From NCBI GenBank assembly GCA_964016885.1, contig OZ024763.1, positions 28,396,001 through 28,460,000 of the forward strand: a stretch of 64,000 bases of DNA, read 5' to 3'. A model generated the notes under the pieces. The model ran no database searches and was not told where the DNA came from. It saw nothing but the letters and a program-made list of their open reading frames with translations. Of the stretch, positions 32,548 to 45,747 are shown one piece after another (position 1 is the first letter of the stretch; every line of letters starts with the position of its first letter). The stretch is from Eledone cirrhosa. Lineage: Eukaryota. Made by a program: the position numbers and the translations under genes.

Positions 32548-35510
32548 TCTCCCTCCTCTCTCCTCTCTCTATTCTCTCTCTCGTTTCACTTCTCCCTCCC
32601 TCCTCTCTCCTGTTTCACTACTCTCTCCCTCCTCTCTCTTGTTTCACTCCCCTCTCCCTCCTCTCTTCTTTCACTCCTCTCTCTCTTCTTTCACTCCTCT
32701 CTCCCTCCTCTCACTCCTCTCTCCCTCCTCTCTCCCTCTTCTCTCTTGTTTCACTCCTCTCTCCCTCTTCTCTTGTTTCCCTCCTCCCTCCCTCCTCTCT
32801 CTTGTTTCACTCCCTCCTCCCTCCCCCTTCTCTCTTGTTTCACTCCTCTCTTGTTTCACTCCTCTCCCTCCTCACTCTTGTTTCACTCCTCCCTCCCTCT
32901 TCTCTCTCCCTCCTCTCTCTCTTGTTTCACTCCTCCCTCCCTCGTTTCACTCCTCCCTCCCTCTTCTCTCTCTTGTTTCCCTCCTCTCTCTTGTTTCACT
33001 CCTCCCTCCCACTCTTCTTTCACTCCTCTCTCCCCCCGCTCTCTCTCCTTTCACTCCTCTCACTCTTCTTTCCCTACTCCCTCCCCTCTCTCCTCCCCTC
33101 TCTCCCCCTCCTCTCCTCTCTTGTTTCACTCCTCTCTCCCTCCTCTTTCCCTCCTCTCTCGTGTTTCACTCCTCTCACCTTCCTCTCTCTCTTCTTTCCC
33201 TCCTCTCTCCCTCTCTCTTGTTTCACTCCTCTCTCTATCATCTTGTTTCACTCCTCTCCCTCCTCTCTCTTGTTTCACTCCTCCCTCCCCCCTCTCTCTC
33301 TTGTTTCATTCCTCTTCTCTCGTGTTTCACTCCTCACCTTCCTCTCTCTTGTTTCACTCCTCCCTCCCACTCTTCTTTCACTCCTCTCTCCCCCCGCTCT
33401 CTCTCCTTTCACTCCTCTCTCTCTTCTTTCCCTACTCCCTCCCCTCTCTCTCCTCCCCTCTCTCCCCCTCCTCTCCTCTCTTGTTTCACTCCTCTCTCCC
33501 TCCTCTTTCCCTCCTCTCGTGTTTCACTCCTCTCACCTTCCTCTCTCTCTTCTTTCCCTCCTCTCTCCCTCTCTCTCTTCTTTCCCTCCTCTCTCCCTCT
33601 CTCTTGTTTCACTCCTCTCCCTCCTCTCTCTTGTTTCACTCCTCCCTCCCCCCTCTCTCTCTTGTTTCATTCCTCTTCTCTCGTGTTTCACTCCTCACCT
33701 TCCTCTCTCTCTTGTTTCACTCCTCTCCCTCCTCTCTTGTTTCACTCCTCTCTCCCTCATCTCTCTTGTTTCACTCCTCTCCCTCCTCTCTCGTTTCACT
33801 CCTCCCTCCCTCTTCTCTCGCCTCTCTCCCTCCTCCCCTCTCTTGTTTCCCTGTCTCACTTGTTTCACTCCTTCCTCTCTCCCTCCTCTCTCTTGTTTCA
33901 CTCCTCTCTCTCTTGTTTCACTCCTCCCTCCCTCTTCTCTCTCCCTCCTCTCTCTTGTTTCACTCCTCTCCCCCTCTTCTCTCTCCCTCCTCTCTCTCTT
34001 GTTTCACTCCTCTCCCTCTCTTGTCTTTCACTCCTCTCTCCCTCCTCTCTTGTTTCACTCCTCTTTCCCTCCTCTCTCTCTCTTGTTTCACTTCTCTCTC
34101 TCGTGTTTCACTCCTCTCTCCCTCCTTTCACTCCTCTCTCCCTCCTTTCACTCTTGTTTCACTCCTCTCTCCCTGTTTCACTCCTCTCTCTCTTCTTTGA
34201 CTCCTCTCTCCCTCCTCTCCCCCTCTTCTCTCTTGTTTCACTCCTCTCTCCCTCTTTTGTTTCATTCCTCTCTCACTCTTCTCTCTTGTTTCACTCCTCC
34301 CTCCCTCCTCTCCCTCCCCTCTCTCTTGTTTCTCTCCCCTCTCTCTTGTTTCACTCCTCTCTCCCCTCTCTCTCGTTTCACTCCTCTCTCCCTTGTTTCA
34401 CTCCTCTCTTGTTTTACTCCTCTCTCCCTCTTCTCTCTCCCTCCTCTCTCTCTTGTTTCACTCCTCCTCCTCTCTCTCTTGTTTCACTCCTCCCTCCCTT
34501 CTCTCTCTATCCTCTCTTGTTTCACTCCTCTCTCCCTCCTTTCACTCTTGTTTCACTCCTCTCCTACCTCTCTTATTTCACTCCTCCCCCTCTTCTCTCT
34601 CCCTCCTCTCTCTCTCGTGTTTCACTCCTCTTTCGCTCCTTTCACTCCTCTCTCCCTCCTCTCTCTTGTTTCACTCCTCTCCCTCCTCTTTCACTCCTCT
34701 CCCTCCTCTCTTGTTTCACTCCTCCCTCCCTCTTCTCTCACTCCTCCCTCCCTCTTCTCTCTCCCTTCTCTCTCCCTCCTCTCTCTCTTGTTTCACTCCT
34801 CCCTCCTCTCTCTCTCCCTTCTTTCACTCCTCTTTCCCTCCTTTCACTCTTGTTTCACTCCCTCTTCTCTCTCCCTCCTCTCTCTCTTGTTTCACTCCTC
34901 CCCCCCTCTTCTCCCTCCATCCTCTCTCTCTTGTTTCACTCCTCTTTCCCTCCTCTCTCTCTCATCTCTCGTTTCACTCCTCTCCCTCCTCTCTCGTTTC
35001 ACTCCTCCCTCCCTCTTCTCTCGCCTCTCTCCCTCCTCCCCTCTCTTGTTTCCCTCTCTCACTTGTTTCACTCCTCTCTCCCTCCTCTTTCACTCTTCCT
35101 CCTCTCTCTTGTTTCACTCCTCTCTCTTGTTTCACTCCTCCCTCCCTTCTCTCTCCCTCCTCTCTCTCTTGTTTCACTCCTCCCTCCCTCTTCTCTCTCC
35201 CTCCTCTCTCTCTTGTTTCACTCCTCCCTCCCTCTTCTCTCTCCCTCCTCTCTCTCTTGTTTCACTCCTCTCCCTCCCTCCTCTCTCCCTCCTCTCTCTT
35301 GTTTCACTCCTCCCTCCCTCTTCTCTCTCTTGTTTCACTCCTCTCTCCCTTTCACTCCTCTTTCCCTCCTCTCTCTCTTGTTTCACTTCTCTCTCCCTCC
35401 TCTCTCTCTTGTTTCACTTCTCTCTCCCTCCTCTCTCTCTCTCTTGTTTCACTTCTCTCTCCCTCCTCTCTCTCGTGTTTCACTCCTCTCTCCCTCCTTT
35501 CACTCTTGTT
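32548..35510. repeat. CT-rich satellite, tract 3
   Basis: Begins like tract 4 and ends like tracts 1 and 2. Confidence 0.95.
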
Positions 35511-35593
35511 TCACTTTGGAATATTACACCAGTTTTACTTTGGAGGTGAAAATATTTCACCAGTTTACACTCTGGAGGTGAATATTACACCAG

Positions 35594-35675
35594 TTTCACT
35601 TTGGAGGTGAAATTTATATTTGCTATTATATCTGATGATTTTAATGAATTTGGCCTTGAAATCAATCAGAAAATG
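35594..35675 (+). CDS. exon E3 copy 4
   Basis: 82 nt, same splice sites. Confidence 0.55.
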
Positions 35676-36310
35676 GTAACTCATTACATAAAGAAGTGAA
35701 ATAAAAACTATACTCTAAATGACACTTAAAACATTTTAAATATCAAAATATTAAAACTTCATGAATATATTCTCCACTCATGAGAATTTCAAAACTGTCG
35801 TCTGTTGATTAGCCACCATGGCTTATAAATGGGGTTTGGATTCTGTCCTATTTCTGAAATAAAAAAGGGATCGGCTTATAATTGAGTATATATAGTAATT
35901 AGGGTAAGTTAATTTAGGGTCTTTTAAAGATTGTGTGACTCCTTTTTACTCCAGTCCACTCATTAACACAGCACATTAAACACTCACACATACACACAAT
36001 TACACCACACCCTCGTTACACACCACATACTCCACACATGTACTCACACACCTCACATTATACTCTACACACTACACAACGTACATTACCTTCTACACAC
36101 CACACCAAACATATCACCACACTACACCGTCGGACGCCATGCTTTGGAGCATAGAATTACGCCCCTTTCCATTCTGAGTTCACATCCGGCCGAGGTTAAC
36201 TGTCTTTCATTCTTACGGGGTCGATAAAATAAATTACCTGTGGGTAATTGCTGGGCTTGTGCCAAAAGTAGAAAGAATTATATTTTCTGTATATTTTCTA
36301 TCTTGTGTAG

Positions 36311-36384
36311 TTATCATGTCGAACCATTCCTATAATTGTAAAATCTAAAAGTACTGTCAAACTTTATTTGACATCACAAAAAAG
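36311..36384 (+). CDS. exon E4 copy 4 (74 nt)
   Basis: Same splice sites, six-A variant. Confidence 0.55.
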
Positions 36385-36389
36385 GTAAG

Positions 36390-39030
36390 TCTCCCTCCTC
36401 TCTCCTCTCTCTATTCTCTCTCTCGTTTCACTTCTCCCTCCCTCCTCTCTCCTGTTTCACTACTCTCTCCCTCCTCTCTCTTGTTTCACTCCCCTCTCCC
36501 TCCTCTCTTCTTTCACTCCTCTCTCTCTTCTTTCACTCCTCTCTCCCTCCTCTCACTCCTCTCTCCCTCCTCTCTCCCTCTTCTCTCTTGTTTCACTCCT
36601 CTCTCCCTCTTCTCTTGTTTCCCTCCTCCCTCCCTCCTCTCTCTTGTTTCACTCCCTCCTCCCTCCCTCCTCTCTCTTGTTTCACTCCTCTCTTGTTTCA
36701 CTCCTCTCCCTCCTCACTCTTGTTTCACTCCTCCCTCCCTCTTCTCTCTCCCTCCTCTCTCTCTTGTTTCACTCCTCCCTCCCTCGTTTCACTCCTCCCT
36801 CCCTCTTCTCTCTCTTGTTTCACTCCTCTCTCCCTCCTCTCTCTTGTTTCACTCCTCCCTCCTCTCTCTTGTTTCACTCCTCCCTCCCACTCTTCTTTCA
36901 CTCCTCTCTCCCCCCGCTCTCTCTCCTTTCACTCCTCTCACTCTTCTTTCCCTACTCCCTCCCCTCTCTCCTCCCCTCTCTCCCCCTCCTCTCCTCTCTT
37001 GTTTCACTCCTCTCTCCCTCCTCTTTCCCTCCTCTCTCGTGTTTCACTCCTCTCACCTTCCTCTCTCTCTTCTTTCCCTCCTCTCTCCCTCTCTCTTGTT
37101 TCACTCCTCTCTCTATCATCTTGTTTCACTCCTCTCCCTCCTCTCTCTTGTTTCACTCCTCCCTCCCCCCTCTCTCTCTTGTTTCATTCCTCTTCTCTCG
37201 TGTTTCACTCCTCACCTTCCTCTCTCTTGTTTCACTCCTCCCTCCCACTCTTCTTTCACTCCTCTCTCCCCCCGCTCTCTCTCCTTTCACTCCTCTCTCT
37301 CTTCTTTCCCTACTCCCTCCCCTCTCTCTCCTCCCCTCTCTCTCCTCCCCTCTCTCCCCCTCCTCTCCTCTCTTGTTTCACTCCTCTCTCCCTCCTCTTT
37401 CCCTCCTCTCGTGTTTCACTCCTCTCACCTTCCTCTCTCTCTTCTTTCCCTCCTCTCTCCCTCTCTCTCTTCTTTCCCTCCTCTCTCCCTCTCTCTTGTT
37501 TCACTCCTCTCTCTATCATCTTGTTTCACTCCTCTCCCTCCTCTCTCTTGTTTCACTCCTCCCTCCCCCCTCTCTCTCTTGTTTCATTCCTCTTCTCTCG
37601 TGTTTCACTCCTCACCTTCCTCTCTCTCTTGTTTCACTCCTCTCCCTCCTCTCTTGTTTCACTCCTCTCTCCCTCATCTCTCTTGTTTCACTCCTCTCCC
37701 TCCTCTCTCGTTTCACTCCTCCCTCCCTCTTCTCTCGCCTCTCTCCCTCCTCCCCTCTCTTGTTTCCCTGTCTCACTTGTTTCACTCCTTCCTCTCTCCC
37801 TCCTCTCTCTTGTTTCACTCCTCTCTCTCTTGTTTCACTCCTCCCTCCCTCTTCTCTCTCCCTCCTCTCTCTTGTTTCACTCCTCTCCCCCTCTTCTCTC
37901 TCCCTCCTCTCTCTCTTGTTTCACTCCTCTCCCTCTCTTGTCTTTCACTCCTCTCTCCCTCCTCTCTTGTTTCACTCCTCTTTCCCTCCTCTCTCTCTCT
38001 TGTTTCACTTCTCTCTCTCGTGTTTCACTCCTCTCTCCCTCCTTTCACTCCTCTCTCCCTCCTTTCACTCTTGTTTCACTCCTCTCTCTTCTTTGACTCC
38101 TCTCTCCCTCCTCTCCCCCTCTTCTCTCTTGTTTCACTCCTCTCTCCCTCTTTTGTTTCATTCCTCTCTCACTCTTCTCTCTTGTTTCACTCCTCCCTCC
38201 CTCCTCTCCCTCCCCTCTCTCTTGTTTCACTCCCCTCTCCCCTCTCTCTTGTTTCACTCCTCTCTCCCCTCTCTCTCGTTTCACTCCTCTCTCCCTTGTT
38301 TCACTCCTCTCTTGTTTTACTCCTCTCTCCCTCTTCTCTCTCCCTCCTCTCTCTCTTGTTTCACTCCTCCTCCTCTCTCTCTTGTTTCACTCCTCCCTCC
38401 CTTCTCTCTCTATCCTCTCTTGTTTCACTCCTCTCTCCCTCCTTTCACTCTTGTTTCACTCCTCTCCTACCTCTCTTATTTCACTCCTCCCCCCTCTTCT
38501 CTCTCCCTCCTCTCTCTCTCGTGTTTCACTCCTCTTTCCCTCCTTTCACTCCTCTCTCCCTCCTCTCTCTTGTTTCACTCCTCTCCCTCCTCTTTCACTC
38601 CTCTCCCTCCTCTCTTGTTTCACTCCTCCCTCCCTCTTCTCTCTCCCTTCTCTCTCCCTCCTCTCTCTCTTGTTTCACTCCTCCCTCCCTCTTCTCTCCC
38701 CCCTCACCCTTTCACTCCTCTTTCCCTCCTTTCACTCCTCTCTCTCTCTTGTTTCATTCCTCTCTTCTCTTTCGTGTTTCACTCCTCTCTCCATTGTTTC
38801 ACTTCTCTCTCCCTCCTCTCTCTCTTGTTTCACTTCTCGCTCCCTCCTCTCTCTCTTGTTTCACTCCTCTCCCTCTCTCTTGTTTCACTCCTCTCCCTCT
38901 CTCTTGTTTCACTCCTCTCCCTCTCTCTTGTTTCACTCCTCTCCCTCCTCTCTCTTGTTTCATTCCTCTCTCCCTCCTCCCCTCTTGTTTCACTCCTCTC
39001 CCCCTCCTCTCTCCCTCTTCTCTCTCGTGT
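36390..39030. repeat. CT-rich satellite, tract 4
   Basis: Directly visible. Followed by a ~280-bp stub of the acceptor minisatellite (39035-39318). Confidence 0.95.
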
Positions 39031-39301
39031 TTCGATGTGGATATATTACACCAGTTTACACTTTGGAGGTGAATATTACACCAGTTTCACTTTAGAATAT
39101 TACACCAGTTTCACTTTGGAATATTACACCATTTTACACGTTGGAGGTAAATATTACACCAGTTTCACTTTGCAATATTACACCAGTTTCACTTTGCAGG
39201 TGAATATATTACACCAGTTTCACTTTGGAGGTGAATATTTCACCAGTTTCACATTGGAATATTACACCAGTTTCACTTTGGAGGTGGATATATTACACCA
39301 G

Positions 39302-39383
39302 TTTCACTTTGGAGGTGAAATTTATATTTGCTATTATATCTGATGATTTTAATGAATTTGGCCTTGAAATCAATCAGAAAATG
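39302..39383 (+). CDS. exon E3 copy 5
   Basis: 82 nt, same splice sites. Confidence 0.55.
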
Positions 39384-40042
39384 GTAACTCATTACATAAA
39401 GAAGTGAAATAAAAACTATACTCTAAATGACACTTAAAACATTTTAAATATCAAAATATTAAAACTTCATGAATATATTCTCCACTCATGAGAATTTCAA
39501 AACTGTCGTCTGTTGATTAGCCACCATGGCTTATAAATGGGGTTTGAATTCTGTCCTATTTCTCAAATATAAAAGGGATCGGCTTATAATTGAGTATATA
39601 TAGTAATTAGGGCAAGTTAATTTAGGGTATTTTAAAGATTGTGTGACTCCTTTTTACTCCAGTCCACTCATTAACACAGCACATTAAACACTCACACATA
39701 CACACAATTACACCACACCCTCGTTACACACCACATACTCCACACATGTACTCACACACCACGCCATACACATCACTCACCACACACCACGCCATACACA
39801 TCACTCACTACACATTATACTCTACACACCACACCAAACATATTACCACACTACACCGTCGGACGCCATGCTTTGGAGCATAGAATTACGCCCCTTTCCA
39901 TTCTGAGTTCAAATCCGGCCGAGGTTAACTGTCTTTCATTCTTACGGGGTCGATAAAATAAATTACCTGTGGGTAATTGCTGGGCTTGTGCCAAAAGTAG
40001 AAAGAATTATATTAGTTTCTGTATATTTTCTATCTTGTGTAG

Positions 40043-40115
40043 TTATCATGTCGAACCATTCCTTTAATTGTAAAATCTAAAAGTACTGTCAAACTTTATT
40101 TGACATCACAAAAAG
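40043..40115 (+). CDS. exon E4 copy 5 (73 nt, phase 0 to 1)
   Basis: LSCRTIPLIVKSKSTVKLYLTSQK, five-A variant. Confidence 0.6.
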
Positions 40116-40120
40116 GTAAG

Positions 40121-42592
40121 TCTCTCTCCTCTCTCTATTCTCTCCCTCCTCTCTCTCGTTTCACTTCTCCCTCCCTCCTCTCTCTCTTGTTTCACTCCAC
40201 TCTCCCTCCTCTCTCTCTTGTTTCACTCCTCTCTCCCTCATCTCTGTTTCACTCCTCTCTCCCTCCCCCTCTCCCTTCCCTCCCTCCCCTCTCTCCTGTT
40301 TCACTACTCTCTCCATCCTCTCTCTCTTGTTTCACTCCCCTCTCCCTCCTCTCTCCCTTCACTCCTCTCTCTCTCTTCTTTCACTCCTCTCTCCCTCCTC
40401 TCTCCCTCTTGTTTCACTCCTCTCTCCCTCTTCTCTTGTTTCCCTCCTCCCTCCCTCCTCTCTCTTGTTTCCCTCCTCCCTCCCTCCTCTCTCTTGTTTC
40501 ACTCCTCTCTCCCCTCCCTCCCCTCTCTCTTGCTTCACTCCTCTCTCCCTCTTCTCTCGTGTTTCACACCTCTCTCCCTCCCCTCTCCCTTGTTTCCCTC
40601 CTCTCTCCCTCCCCTTCACTCCTCTCTCTCCTCCCTCTCTTGTTTCACTCCTCTCTCCCTCTTCTCTCTTGTTTCACTCCTCTCTTGTTTCACTCCTCTC
40701 CCTCCTCTCTCTGTTTCACTCCTCCCTCCCTCCCTCTTCTCTCTCCCTCTTCTCTCTCTTGTTTCACTCCTTCCTCCTCTCCTCTCCCTCCTCTCTCTTG
40801 TTTCACTTCTCTCTCCCTCCTCTCTCTCGTGTTTCACTCCTCTTTCCCTCCTTTCACTCCTTTCTCTTGTTTCACTCCTTTCACTCCTTTCTCTTGTTTC
40901 ACTCCTCTCTCCCTCTCTCTTGTTTCACTACTCTCTCCCTCCCCTCTTGTTTCACTCCTCTCTCCCTCCTCTCTCTCTTGTTTCACTCCTCTCTCCCTCC
41001 TCTCTCTCTTGTTTCACTCCTCCCTCCCTCTTCTCTCTTGTTTCACTACTCTCTTCCTCCTCTCTCTCTTGTTTCACTCCTCTCCCTCCTCTCTCCCTCG
41101 TTTCACTCCTCACTCCCTCTTCTCTCTCCCTCCTCTCTCTATTGTTTCACTCCTCTCTCTCTTGTTTCACTCCTCTCTCCCTCCTCTCTCTCTCGTGTTT
41201 CACTCCTCTCTCCCTCCTCTCTCCCTCTCTCTTGTTTCACTCCTCTCCCTCCTCTCTCTCTCTCTTGTTTCACTCCTCCCTCCCTCCTCTTGTTTCATTC
41301 CTCTTCTCTCGTGTTTCACTCCTCTCCCTCCTCTCCCTCTCTCTTGTTTCACTCCTCTCCCTCCTCTCTCTTGTTTCACTCCTCCCTCCCTCTTCTCTCT
41401 CCCTCCTCTCTCTCTTGTTTCACTCCTCTCTCCCTCATCTCTCTTGTTTCACTCCTCTCTCTATCCTCTCTCTCTTGTTTCACTCCTCCCTCCCCCTTCT
41501 CTCTCTCTCCCTCCTCTCTCTTGTTTCACTCCTCTCTCCCTCCTCTCTCTCTTGTTTCACTTCTCTCTCCCTTTCACTCCTCTTTCCCTCCTCTCTCCCT
41601 CCTCTCTCTCTCTTGTGTTTCACTCCTCTCCCTCCTCTCTCTTGTTTCACTCCTCCCTCTTCTCTCTCCCTCCTCTCTCCCTTCTTTCACTCCTCTCCCC
41701 CTTCTTTCACTCCTCTTTCCCTCATTTAACTCCTCTCTCCCTCTTGTTTCACTCCTCTCTCTATCCTCTCTTGTTTCCCTCCTCTCTTGTTTCACTCCTC
41801 TCTCCCTCCTCTTGTTTCACTCCTCTCTCCCTCCTCTCTTGTTTCACTCCTCCCTCCCACTCTTCTTTCACTCCTCTCTCCCTCCTCTCCTCTCTTGTTT
41901 CTCTCCTCGTGTTTCACTCCTCTCACCTTCCTCTCTCTTGTTTCACTCCTCTCTCCCTCTCTCTTGTTTTACTCCTCTCTATCATCTTGTTTCCCTCCTC
42001 TCCCTCCTCTCTCTTGTTTCACTCCTCTCCCTCCCCCTCCTCTCTCTTGTTTCACTCCTCTCTATCATCTTGTTTCCCTCCTCTCCCTCCTCTCTCTTGT
42101 TTCACTCCTCTCCCTCCCCTCTCTTGTTTCATTCCTCTTCTCTCGTGTTTCACTCCTCTCACCTTCCTCTCCTCCTCCTCTCTCTTGTTTCACTCCTCTC
42201 TCCCTCCTCTCTCTTGTTTCACTCCTCTCTCTATCCTCTCTCTTGTTTCACTCCTCCCTCCCTCTTCTGTCTCTTGTTTCACTCCTCTCTCCCTCCTCCT
42301 GTTTCACTTCTCTCTCCCTCTTGTTTCACCCCTCCCACCTCCCTCCCTCTTGTTTCACTTCTCTCTCCCTCCTCTCCCTCCTCTCCCTATCCTCTCTCTC
42401 TTGTTTCACTCCTGTTTCACTCCTCCCTCCCTCTTCTCTCTCTTGTTTCACTCTTCTCTCCCTCCCTCTTCTCTCTCTTGTTTCACTCTTCTCTCCCTCC
42501 TCTCACCTTCCTCTCTCTCTTGTTTCTCTCTCCTGACTTTCTTGTTTCTCTCGTCTCCCTCCTCTCTCCCTCATCTCTGTCTCATTTCTCCC
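40121..42592. repeat. CT-rich satellite, tract 5
   Basis: Directly visible, and the most diverged of the five tracts. Confidence 0.95.
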
Positions 42593-44424
42593 AGAAGAAT
42601 TGTGAATATGGAAGATGGCTAACCATGAAGCAAAACAGCGAGACGGATAATGGAAATAATAAAACGTTCTTTTTCTTAACTAAATGCTGAAAAATCTAAA
42701 ATCTTAGGGGAGACAGGATAAAAATATAAAGACTATTTAAATATTAGTACACTATTCCATATCAACATTAGTTCACTATACCAAGGATAAACACTTTGAT
42801 TAATCTCCTCAAGTTGTAATTCTAACGAGTGACATGATAGTACAATGGTCATCTCTTCTTATATTTCTATGTATAACATAACAATGCTCCTTACATTTAT
42901 CCCAGGTATATAGAGGGATGTTCCGATGTCCACTGTTTGTGCAATAAGGAAACGCCATCATCCAGTAAACTTTAGTAATACTCCAATAACGTCTCAGCCG
43001 CAATTTACGGTAGAAAATAGTAAGAAAAACAAAAGTCACACTCGGCAGTTAATGCAGTGAAAACAAACAATAACAATATTATTACTAAATAATTATAATC
43101 TCTTACATTCAATAATTCTTTTTCTTAAACACGTAATTTATTTCAAATTTGTCGTATCATATATATGCTGTTTGTGTGTCTTTGTTTGTCAAGTGATTGA
43201 CGGGGAGAAGCCGATCGATTAAATTGAACCTATAGAAATGACTGGTACTCTATTTTTCTGCTATAAAATTGTAAATTAATATCCACCGAGAACACAAAGG
43301 TGGTGTAATATCATTTAAAAATTAGAAATTGAGTTATAAATGTATGTTCAGTGTGTAACGGGGTTCAATATTTAGCTGGGGATATAGAATTTCTTTAAAT
43401 TATTTCTTGTACCAGTAGCGAACTGGGATAGAAACCATTGTTATTCGGACGAAATAAATATACAAGCTTAGCGCAATCTAGTTGGAGTTACGGGACATTA
43501 CTGCCAAGCACATCACTGTAGGTTCCAATCTTACATTGGTAAATATATAAAAGTGACATTTAACAATTTATTTGTAAGTCGCACACAGGATTTAGGTATA
43601 AATGGCTTCTGCAGGACTACAACTGTTTCATTCGGAAAAATCATCAGGAAAGCCCTTGATTTCTTCCGAATGAAACCGTTCTAGTCCTGCAGGAGCCACA
43701 CTTACACACATACGTGTGTGTGGGTATGTATGTATTCATAAGCCCAAGTGTCTATGATGATAAGGTCCCCCTATCTTTGTATATTTATATGTCGATGTCT
43801 ATTTCCACATGGCATCTCTGGTCCTCGCCTGCTTTACGTAGCATCTTAACTATCTAATATCTATTCAGAGAGGTTCTCCCTTCATATCGCAAATATTCCT
43901 TTCTGACTCACTGAAAACTTGTCTTCCATCATCGAGTAAAAGTGATCTACATAAAGGATCTGTCTGATGTTGCTATGTATGTATGTAGAGACGTATAGCT
44001 TGCGAGGGAGTCTTGGTGACCCCACGTTGATATTCGGGGTGTCTTGGGTTTTTTGTAAAAGCTGACTGATCCCATCTCTACCCTAGATCTGATCACAGGA
44101 GATATTTACCAGAGAAGGAGAGAATGTAGGAGAAAGGAAGTAAGAAAGAGATATAGAAGAAGAATCGACCCCAGTACTACACTGGTACTTCGCTTTATCT
44201 ACCTCGAATGGTGCTATAGTGGAACATTAACTTTGATGTACCTATATAAGTCATACCTTTTCTATACGTCTGTGTATGTAAGTTCGGTTTTCATAAGTAT
44301 CTCTGTGAAATTTTAACAAGAGCAAGCATGTGTCCTGATGATTAGTCAATCGTTTTTAAGCTGGTATATGGTATGTGTTTTTAATATGTATATATATTTA
44401 CATAGAAGTGAGTAAATATGAATG

Positions 44425-44464
<40 letters not shown>

Positions 44465-45747
44465 GTCGATCGACCTTCGTCAGATCGGACGGACGAAACA
44501 ATGTTTCCATTGGTCATAATATCTATCGGTCGAAACTCGAGGTGGAAATAAATAAATAAATATATAATAAAAACAAGGACGAATGGGTACACCTTCATTA
44601 CGTTTATTGGTTCGTGGCGCGCATTTCGCTATTCATCAGCTTAAGGTTCGTTCTGTATCGATCTAGCCCGCCCTTGTCATCAATAACTTGTATATATGTC
44701 TGTGTATGTATATATAAAATCGCCCATGGGACACCCTGGGGTAATCTAAATATACAGAGTGTGGGGTTAGCTGTTTTTAAATGATTACCCCTCCTCATAT
44801 TCCCTTGTTTATATACTGTATTGTAATACATGGCAATCTTAATACTTAACATTTATATTTTCATCTCGATATTATTAACACAGTATTCCAGAAGTAAAAT
44901 AGAGATCTAATGAGAGGAGATGAGTATTATAACTTTTATAAGAAATAAAGATCTAAAGACGAGTGAAAACTTTCATCAACGAAATCCTAATGTACACCAA
45001 CGAAAATATATGCCTACAGAATACAGATTAGTAAAATAAAGTTAGAGCAAATAAATGAGAGGTCACTTAACTTTACATGTTTAGTTTTATTATATCGTGA
45101 AAAATGTTTGTCTTTCTTTAAACATTGTCTTTTTTTTTAAAAATTAATTTTAGATTATTCCTACCTTATCTCTGTGGTCTCTTTTCATGGAGTCTACCTG
45201 TCCTGTTTCTTGGTTTTATTTTAAAAGTAATCCATTGGAACATAGGATATTAAATGAAATGTTAGGTAAAAGACACACCTTATGTTTATTCCAGGTATTT
45301 AGAGAGCTGTCCACTGACAACAAAATAATGCAATAAGGAAATGCCATCATACAGTAAAACTTGGTAATAATCCAATCTCATCACAGTCACCATTTTACAA
45401 TAAACAATGGTAAGAACAAACAAAAACAAAAACAAGAGAACTATTCAGCAGTTAATGAAGTGAAGTGAATACATTCCTGAATAAAATAAATTTTTTACTT
45501 TCATTAAATTGTTTCTTTACTTTCTTTTATAAAACACACTTATTAATAGAAAATAAGCACAGCATTGTAGGTTCAAATCTTACTTGCATGTATATATCGG
45601 AACCACGTTTAACAATTTACGGGCACGACGTACTAAGCTGGAATGAGGTATGACATTATTGCAGATGGAGTTGTTGTAGGTTCAAATCAAGCCTAGAGCA
45701 ATGAAAAATAAAGTCTAGATATACTTTATGAATTCAAGGACGTCCCA

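Noticed and set aside
23035-42690. S/L/P/F-rich ORFs up to 1436 aa and E/R/G-rich antisense ORFs
   Set aside because: The CT satellite lacks stops in all three frames, and each tract starts right after a consensus splice donor, so it is intronic.
42595-42690. Possible next exon after the tract-5 acceptor-like tctcccag
   Set aside because: A phase-1 entry hits a stop within three codons, and the site coincides with a duplication breakpoint.
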